DNA of 6,593 nucleotides, taken from positions 8,812-15,404 of the forward strand of contig NW_003314605.1 of NCBI RefSeq assembly GCF_000143415.4, given 5' to 3'. A program made the position numbers and the translations under genes. Positions within the stretch are counted from its first letter, which is position 1. Each line of letters opens with the position of its first letter. Shown piece by piece: positions 1 through 6,593 of this stretch. Under the pieces are notes generated by a model, which saw only the letters and a list, made by a program, of their open reading frames with translations, searched no databases and was not told the origin of the DNA. The DNA is from Selaginella moellendorffii. Taxonomy: Eukaryota; Plantae; Lycopodiophyta.

Positions 1-669
1 ATATAATTAATAGTAAAACATTCATTTCATTTTGTATACTTCCAAGGTTTTTTTTTTACAATACTATTTGTAATACTAGTGTGTCTTTTTTTTCTATCTT
101 TACCATTTCAAAATATATTTCATAGTAGTTTAAGGCCATGATATTGCAATATATTGCAAGAGTGTATATACTGTTGTACTGATTGTTGCCACTATTTCCA
201 CCAAAAGCTAGAAATAAATATGGCATTTCTTGAAAGTCACGAAATTGTAATTTTTTAAAACAAATAGGGGGGCATTCTTTTTCACCTAAATTGTTGCATC
301 TTTTATCATTTCATTTATCTCCAATATATGATCATTATTCTCATTATCCTCTTTTTCCATCTTTTATATGTTTTGAATGTGTTGTGCAATGGGATGAATA
401 TTGCAGCTCCTAGTCCTTGAATTACTACCATGAGGAGAAAGATTTCAAGAGTTGAAACTACCAACATTAGAACCATTTATTTTATGTTTTGACGAACTTA
501 AATAAAATAATATATAATAAATATTTAAATTCTTGGACAAGAAGCCTCCTCTAAAATAGTTTTATCCATATAAAATGTAGAGAGTTATGAAAATATAGTA
601 TAAAGTTAGGTTTTCTATAACCTTAATTTTTTAAAATTTATAATATTTGTATTAAATTACAATTGAAAA

Positions 670-713
670 TTGAGCTCAACTCGCGAGCTCAACTTTCCAG
701 CTCATGAGCTCAA
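670..713. repeat. Cluster of GAGCTC-containing palindromes/short direct repeats
   Basis: GAGCTC at 672, 685 and 706. GAGCTCAACT occurs twice (672-681, 685-694). Palindromes TTGAGCTCAA (670-679), CTCGCGAG (680-687) and AGCTCATGAGCT (699-710). Confidence 0.6.
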
Positions 714-725
714 AAGTGGTCCACG

Positions 726-790
726 CTCCTCCAAGTGGTTGGAGGTGTGGTTAAGTGACTAAAGTAAAATGGAAAATTTAGTCGCTTACA
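726..790 (+). repeat. 5' LTR remnant (U5 end)
   Basis: CTCCTCCAAG...GTCGCTTACA matches 5330-5394 at 62/65 positions (A767/G5371, C783/T5387, C785/T5389). It ends in CA directly before the PBS. Similarity stops abruptly upstream of 726. Confidence 0.85.
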
Positions 791-793
791 ATT

Positions 794-805
794 TGGTATC
801 GGAGC
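794..805 (+). promoter_or_regulatory. Primer binding site, tRNA-iMet type
   Basis: TGGTATCGGAGC starts 3 nt (ATT) after the LTR-terminal CA. It is an 11/12 match to the canonical plant TGGTATCAGAGC, and the A>G at 801 would still give a G.U pair with the tRNA. Confidence 0.87.
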
Positions 806-1147
806 TGTTCCTTAGTCCGACTCTTATTGGTGGCGAAGTATATCACCGCTTGTATTGGAATCGGAAGGTCCTAGATATGGACCTATCCTCGAGGCGTAGC
901 ATAAATTGCTTATGTTGCGATATAGTAAATCAATGTCGTAAATGGGAATGCTCATTGTTAGGAGGCCATCATTGGGACACCCAAACACTCTAGAACACCA
1001 GGAGGTGGTGTTTCGTGTCGCAAGGACAATAGATAAGGCCCAAGGGACTAAGTTTCTAGCGAATGATGGATAGTAGATGTTATCCAAATGTCCAAGGTTG
1101 TGGAGACAGGAGAAGATTGTCTACCCGAATTGGACAAAGCCAAAAAC

Positions 1148-1167
1148 AAAAAAAAAAAAAAAAAAAA
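1148..1167 (+). repeat. Poly(A)20 mononucleotide tract
   Basis: 20 consecutive A, flanked by the inverted repeat GCCAAA (1139-1144) / TTTGGC (1169-1174). Confidence 0.95.
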
Positions 1168-2114
1168 GTTTGGCAAGGCTAGTGATGGGCATGTAAAGGC
1201 CCATAAGCAACAACGTTAATCCCAATGTGTAAGATTATAAGGTGAGCATGCCCAAGATTGAGGAACCACTCCCTAGGCTATCGGGTAGGTTCATCCCTAA
1301 GAATATTTGCTAAGGCATAGTAAAATGTGCAAAGTTATCCTCCTAGTCTGGAGGAGAATAACCAAAGAAAACATATGGGGCCAAAAAGCAAGTAGTATTG
1401 GGATAGAACTAAACCATAGAAATCGAAGGGCATATCCAACGGTGGTTATGCAAGTTAGGAGTGGAGAATCAAGACGGTGCTCGAGGATGTTGTTGCTAGC
1501 AACCATGATGCCATGGAGAGTCTAAAATATGGAATTGTCCATGTTAGACTATATAGCAACTATAAAGCTTGCGAAAGGGGAGGCTTTAGCAAGCTAAGGA
1601 ACAGAGTTCCTTCAAGGTTCCCAAAGACGATTCTAGGTAACTTAGTACCTAGAAAGGCCAAGTGTAAATGGTTCATGGAACGCGCGAAATCAGAGTGGCG
1701 CAACAGAAGTGTGGTCTTGAAGCTTGCCATGAGGCAAGGCTATCAAGGGTAGGGAAGTAGTTCCCAAGTGTTCAAAGAGAGGGCTTTGAACAAAAGTCGA
1801 TGGTCAAGGACTTTCACACTTATGCAGGAACCATGTTACAGTGGTCGGAGGACTTGCCAAGCGAGATTGGCAAGTCGGGGAAACAAATACCTTAGTTGAA
1901 GGTGATAACTTCAAAAAAGGGTGGGCCATAGGGCCAAGCATGGAGGAGTCCATGCATGATCACAGACTTGTCAGGTGAGAGGACTTGGCAGTGTGGAGGA
2001 ACTAGGTTCCTAAGCTGTGATCTGTAGCGTGCATTAAATATAAGTTGGTGCACCAGCGTGGGGAGTCACGCCAGGCATCCGGTGTGATGCCATCCGTAGA
2101 TGCATATACGGAGG

Positions 2115-2156
2115 TTGGGTTCGAGTCCCGACCCTCTAGTGCTTGGGTTCGAGTCC
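2115..2156 (+). repeat. Duplicated 14-mer TTGGGTTCGAGTCC containing a Pol III B-box / tRNA T-arm-like motif
   Basis: Exact copies at 2115-2128 and 2143-2156. Each contains GGTTCGAGTCC and folds as a stem with a 7-nt TTCGAGT loop. Confidence 0.7.
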
Positions 2157-2160
2157 TAAA

Positions 2161-2520
2161 TCACTAGGGCATGGTGATGGTTTGGAATATGAGGACACTC
2201 ATTTTTCGGTGGTTATGGACTCTCAGTGTGGAGACTGGTTTAGGCACACCGCCAAGTGAGGGATGCCTCAGAGTCGTGATGCATGGTTAGATTGCTTAGC
2301 GTGGCTCAGCATATCTAACTTGAACACTTTGGTGTGAGTGGCACCAAGGATATGGTGAATGAGATGGGGACACCCAGTCTCAGTTGCTATGGACCCTTGG
2401 CCAGAAGGGCTGGCTTGGGCACACCGCCAAGTGTGGGGGATGCCCCTGGGGTCGTAGTTAACAAGTTAAAGGTTTGGAAGACCTAGTACCTATTGGCAAA
2501 CCTGTTAAGGTGCCGAGGTG
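2161..2520 (+). repeat. Diverged tandem duplication, period ~175-180 bp
   Basis: 2189-2280 aligns with 2364-2458. Exact 16-bp core GGCACACCGCCAAGTG at 2243-2258 and 2418-2433. Similar unit starts lie near 2161 and 2341, with a possible third at ~2524 (TCACTAGG). Confidence 0.8.
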
Positions 2521-3616
2521 AGATCACTAGGTGATCTTGTGGCTAAATAAGGACAAGGTCCTTGTTTGGGTTAAGGAATAAGGTTCCTAGTTCAAAGTGT
2601 TAATTTGAGCTATTGATGATGGTGTGGCTTGGTCAAGGTGACCAAGTGGGAAAAGCACCTTAGGGCAATGAGCTATGTCATTGCGATGGCATAATGTGTC
2701 CACGGAAAGTAATCTCTAAAGAGACCCATGGGAGGGTCACAAAGTTGGGCCGTGGATAAAGCCCACAACAGAAGATGCTAAAGAGACTTACTAGGGGTGA
2801 ACACTCTAGTCTTGGCAAAGCAAAGCCTTTGCTATGGAATCAAAAGAATACCTCAAGGAGGGAGGTAGAGATTCAGTGTTGCTTGGTGCAACAATCAACG
2901 GATAGGAGCAAAAGATGAGTGGCCAAGATAGGGCCGTGGAATCCTTTGGAAGGAATCCAAGTGGCAAAGTTAGGCAAGGAACACTAATGTGTTGGACGCT
3001 AACAAATTGCGGGAAAGGAAGTGTGTTTCCAAGGATGGATTCCGAATTGTTCCAATTTGGCGAAAGTGGAAGCTCCAAGGGAGGGAGCGGTAAGGTAGCC
3101 AAATGATAGGGCCATGGACAGCCCTAGCACAAAGTATGATAAATGGAACTTAGTGCCCAAGGTGGCACGAAATAAAAGAGAGGATGATGGTGCCCTCAAG
3201 TAAAGAACTTCCTAGGATGGGGAAGTGGAGTTGCACAATATGTGCAATGCAAGGTGTTGGAGACACCTAGAAAATTGACTTCCAGAAGTCAAAGAATAAA
3301 AGTTCCAAGGTGCAAATGTTCAATAGATGGAAATTGAGACTACTCGAGAAAGAGTAGTGGGATTGACTTCGAGAAGGGTCTCTAAGAGGTTTAGCGAAAA
3401 CTAAACTAATAAAAGGAGAGAACCACTACATGTGGTCCAATTAGTCTTTAAGTTGGAGAGACTACCTTCCTTAGAGGATGGACAAGGCATGGTGAGCCTT
3501 CGGTGTCAAATCATAGACAAATATTGGCCAGGGGCTAAAGATGGAAACGGTAATACATATAGGTGTTACTTTATAAAAGGGATTACCGTTCGATGAGGAC
3601 ATCGAACTTCGTCTAT

Positions 3617-3627
3617 GGGTGGTGAAG
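3617..3627 (+). promoter_or_regulatory. Candidate degenerate polypurine tract
   Basis: GGGTGGTGAAG is followed by T and then TGTGAG at 3629, and preceded by GAGGAC (3595-3600). This layout recalls the 3' ends of plant Ty3/gypsy elements, but the tract is interrupted by pyrimidines, so the call is tentative. Confidence 0.33.
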
Positions 3628-3846
3628 TTGTGAGACACAAATTCCCTAGGCCCCAAAGTGGAGCCGGAAGGGTGCCATGTGGTAGTGGCCGAAGCGAAAG
3701 CCAAACGAATGTAACATGTTTGGCCCAAAAGTTCCGACTTGAAAGGTCGAGAGCGGGAGTGGAACTTCTAACGAAGTGCTCGAGGAATGAGCACGAAATG
3801 AGCAATAAACGAGGCTCCAAAAAGAGACCCAAAAGGACTAACACAT

Positions 3847-3856
3847 GACACGTGGA
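3847..3856 (+). promoter_or_regulatory. G-box/ABRE-like motif GACACGTGGA (second identical copy at 5221-5230)
   Basis: CACGTG core. The same 10-mer occurs twice within the candidate 3' LTR. Motif match only. Confidence 0.25.
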
Positions 3857-3857
3857 A

Positions 3858-4035
3858 GTGTCCGAGATGGACCCAAGATGGACCCGAGTTGGAATCCGAA
3901 CTGGAGTCCGAGAAGGACCCGAGATAGACCTGAGTTGGAGTCCGAACTAGAGTCCGAGAAGGACCCGAGATGGACCCGAGATGGAGTCCGAGATGGACTT
4001 GAGATGGAGTCCGAGATGGACCCGAGATGGAGTCC
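3858..4035 (+). repeat. Minisatellite of 11-bp (GACCCGAGATG) and 12-bp (GAGTCCGAGATG) units
   Basis: 15 complete units plus a partial one that runs into the N gap. A higher-order 46-bp unit (11+11+12+12) occurs at 3870-3915 and 3916-3961. Confidence 0.95.
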
Positions 4036-4898
4036 NNNNNNNNNNNNNNNNNNNNNNNNNNNNNNNNNNNNNNNNNNNNNNNNNNNNNNNNNNNNNNNNN
4101 NNNNNNNNNNNNNNNNNNNNNNNNNNNNNNNNNNNNNNNNNNNNNNNNNNNNNNNNNNNNNNNNNNNNNNNNNNNNNNNNNNNNNNNNNNNNNNNNNNNN
4201 NNNNNNNNNNNNNNNNNNNNNNNNNNNNNNNNNNNNNNNNNNNNNNNNNNNNNNNNNNNNNNNNNNNNNNNNNNNNNNNNNNNNNNNNNNNNNNNNNNNN
4301 NNNNNNNNNNNNNNNNNNNNNNNNNNNNNNNNNNNNNNNNNNNNNNNNNNNNNNNNNNNNNNNNNNNNNNNNNNNNNNNNNNNNNNNNNNNNNNNNNNNN
4401 NNNNNNNNNNNNNNNNNNNNNNNNNNNNNNNNNNNNNNNNNNNNNNNNNNNNNNNNNNNNNNNNNNNNNNNNNNNNNNNNNNNNNNNNNNNNNNNNNNNN
4501 NNNNNNNNNNNNNNNNNNNNNNNNNNNNNNNNNNNNNNNNNNNNNNNNNNNNNNNNNNNNNNNNNNNNNNNNNNNNNNNNNNNNNNNNNNNNNNNNNNNN
4601 NNNNNNNNNNNNNNNNNNNNNNNNNNNNNNNNNNNNNNNNNNNNNNNNNNNNNNNNNNNNNNNNNNNNNNNNNNNNNNNNNNNNNNNNNNNNNNNNNNNN
4701 NNNNNNNNNNNNNNNNNNNNNNNNNNNNNNNNNNNNNNNNNNNNNNNNNNNNNNNNNNNNNNNNNNNNNNNNNNNNNNNNNNNNNNNNNNNNNNNNNNNN
4801 NNNNNNNNNNNNNNNNNNNNNNNNNNNNNNNNNNNNNNNNNNNNNNNNNNNNNNNNNNNNNNNNNNNNNNNNNNNNNNNNNNNNNNNNNNNNNNNNNN
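4036..4898. other. Assembly gap (863 N)
   Basis: The run of N begins inside the minisatellite, which probably broke the assembly. Confidence 0.99.
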
Positions 4899-5329
4899 TA
4901 GGACCGTGGGACTTAGTGGTTAGGCCTGTGGGCCTCGATCCAGTGGCAGTGTTGGTGAACACGGCCATGGGCAGAAAGGGACTTGGTGAAGATCGGAAAA
5001 GGGATATTGGGGAAGGCTAATCCCCATGTCTGTGGGCATCCTAAGGATGCTAAGGAGTGGATATAGAATGATCACTCATGGATGGATGGCCCAGTTCTTG
5101 AGAAATGGGACTATAATGCAGGTGGTGTTAGACCACCGGTGTGACCAAGGTAAAGGGGCATGGCCTTAGCGTAACGGGCTGATATGTCGGTGGTACCTTG
5201 GGGTGTCGGTCATAGGATCGGACACGTGGAGCACTTGGATCAAGTGCAAAGGTCAGAGTGGCGGGGACGCCATTCTCGGGGCTAGCAAGCCCAAGTCTGA
5301 AATAGGACTTATGGAGGTTGTGAGTGAGA

Positions 5330-5394
5330 CTCCTCCAAGTGGTTGGAGGTGTGGTTAAGTGACTAAAGTAGAATGGAAAATTTAGTTGTTTACA
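5330..5394 (+). repeat. 3' end of 3' LTR
   Basis: Second copy of the 65-bp repeat ending TTACA. It is not followed by a PBS, and composition switches to AT-rich flank afterwards. Confidence 0.87.
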
Positions 5395-6593
5395 TTAGTG
5401 TTGTTTGGGCTTAGAGCCTCTGTAATCACTGAAGAGATTTACTTGTGATTCCTAGTGCTAAGCACATTTAAAATTTATAAATGATTTTCTCCTAGTTATT
5501 TTTCAAACGAAAGAGTATCCCACCATAGTTGTCAAAAGTGAGTAAAGTTTTTTCTTCCTATACTCACATTTTTGCCCTTACCTGCAAAATAGTGATAAAC
5601 AAACAAAGATAAGAACGTAGAAGAAGAAAAGAAGTGAAGAAGATTGAGAAGAAAATAGAAAAGAACTTAGTCTTGAACCTTAAAGGCATGAGTAAGGATA
5701 AATATATGTCACTTTCTCAACTCTACTTTGCATATATAATCATAAGCAGGAGAAAAAATAGTTAATTTAATGCAAATGCATACAATAATGAGTGGGGGTT
5801 ACTTTCTAGCACGTCTAAGTGCTATTTATATATTACATGATTTTATAATAGTTCATAACTACTTCACACTTATCTATAACGAACGTTACCTAGGTTGGGT
5901 TTTTCTTCTTTGGATGCTTAAGTTTAAATGTAATTCTGTTTCGCTTAAGCTTTCTTCTTTTGCTCTACTTGGAATGATACACTAGATAAAACATTTACCT
6001 TTTTATCAATAGTCCATATTATAGTGGTAGAGCATATTGGCACGCTATCATTCTCTCGTGTGAGATTTCCTTTCAATCTTAGAAATATAGATGGAGTTGA
6101 TTCTTTAATATGATATTACTTTTAAGACTTTTGAAAGATTTCAATTTCTTTTATTATTATCCATAAATAACTCCCGAAATCTCTTATCGAGGATTCATTG
6201 CAAAAGTGTACCTTGGTCTTTTCATATGAGAGGATTGTGATATAGGTAGGCAATAGAGTTTTCAATATAAATTAATATATAAATTACAAATGTTATAGAA
6301 CATTTTATGAAGTAGATTTTTTAATGCTTTCCACCGTATTGTTAGTTTCTTCATTTCTTTTGCTTTGAACTATTGTTTCAAAAGTAACAAGAGCATTTTT
6401 ATCAATTGTGATAGTGATTTCCCCATCCCCAGATAGGTAATAAGGATTAAGAGTGTAATATAAAGATTATGATAGTGAAACAAATATTTTCACATTCCTT
6501 TGCATTGCAACTCTTGCCATAAATCTCTTAATTTTTCTTTGCTTCCCATCTTCCCAAAAAAACCTTTTGAAGTATGTACAACTGTTAACATTA

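Larger units (their letters stand above)
806..3628 (+). other. Non-coding internal domain composed of consecutive short stem-loops
   Basis: Many perfect 7-10 bp inverted repeats with 2-6 nt spacers, e.g. 1596-1612, 1631-1654, 1769-1792, 1851-1876, 1938-1955, 2521-2537, 2628-2646, 2665-2684, 3231-3247, 3275-3292, 3339-3358, 3588-3607. No long ORF. Confidence 0.75.
726..5394 (+). mobile_element. Non-autonomous LTR retrotransposon derivative (LARD-like), 5' LTR apparently truncated
   Basis: 65-bp direct repeats ending in CA at 726-790 and 5330-5394. A PBS follows only the first copy. The interior is G-richer than the AT-rich flanks. The longest ungapped internal ORF is 98 aa and has no recognisable RT/IN/Gag motifs. 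No TSD found. Confidence 0.82.
3629..5394 (+). repeat. Candidate full-length 3' LTR (start uncertain; spans gap)
   Basis: TG start after the candidate PPT and CA end at 5394. TGTGAGACAC versus the reverse complement of the 5' copy end (TGTAAGCGAC) is 7/10. The start cannot be confirmed because the 5' LTR is truncated. Confidence 0.33.

Noticed and set aside
726-790. Dating the insertion from LTR divergence (3/65)
   Set aside because: The alignment is too short and the host substitution rate is unknown.
2056-2136. tRNA gene
   Set aside because: A T-arm-like hairpin is present, but there is no acceptor stem, D-arm/A-box or canonical anticodon arm.
769-3848. Short ORFs (63-98 aa) inside the element
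   Set aside because: They overlap on both strands, have no recognisable domains or intact catalytic motifs, and are of lengths expected by chance.
3858-4035. CRISPR array
   Set aside because: Contiguous 11-12 bp units without unique spacers, in a eukaryotic retroelement context.
3838-5020. Long ORFs of 298-391 aa in the ORF track
   Set aside because: Artefacts of reading through 863 N plus the stop-poor minisatellite.
5395-5410. Tourist-like MITE end (TTA-GTGTTGTTTGG)
   Set aside because: No matching inverted terminus was found in the window.
726-5450. Retrozyme (hammerhead ribozyme in LTR)
   Set aside because: No CTGANGA...GAAA core with proper helices was seen by eye on either strand in the element. 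The CTGAAGA at ~5429 is outside it and lacks the rest of the core. The gap cannot be assessed.
5537-5590. Isolated inverted repeats in the right flank (GTGAGTA/TACTCAC; TTTTGC/GCAAAA)
   Set aside because: Sparse and AT-rich, so compatible with chance. No element boundaries can be defined.
5770-5985. 71-aa hydrophobic ORF in the right flank
   Set aside because: Its composition reflects AT-rich DNA, and there is no recognisable family or gene structure.

Overview
This is AT-rich, apparently plant, intergenic DNA with no supportable protein-coding gene. It carries one ~4.7 kb LTR-retroelement derivative on the + strand (726-5394). The element has a 65-bp direct repeat ending in ...TTACA at both ends (62/65 identical) and a tRNA-iMet-type primer binding site 3 nt after the first copy. 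Its ~2.8 kb internal region has no recognisable gag/pol ORF. It also contains an 11/12-bp minisatellite running into an 863-bp assembly gap, and the 5' LTR looks truncated (no target-site duplication). The unusual feature is that nearly the whole element reads as a back-to-back chain of short stem-loops (roughly 90-100 by eye) with purine/G-rich loops, a density I did not see in the flanks. An internal ~175-bp duplication shows four compensatory base-pair changes between its copies, which argues that the RNA structure is under selection. The best reading is a non-autonomous, LARD-like element whose internal content is RNA structure rather than protein. All folding was done by eye and needs computational confirmation.
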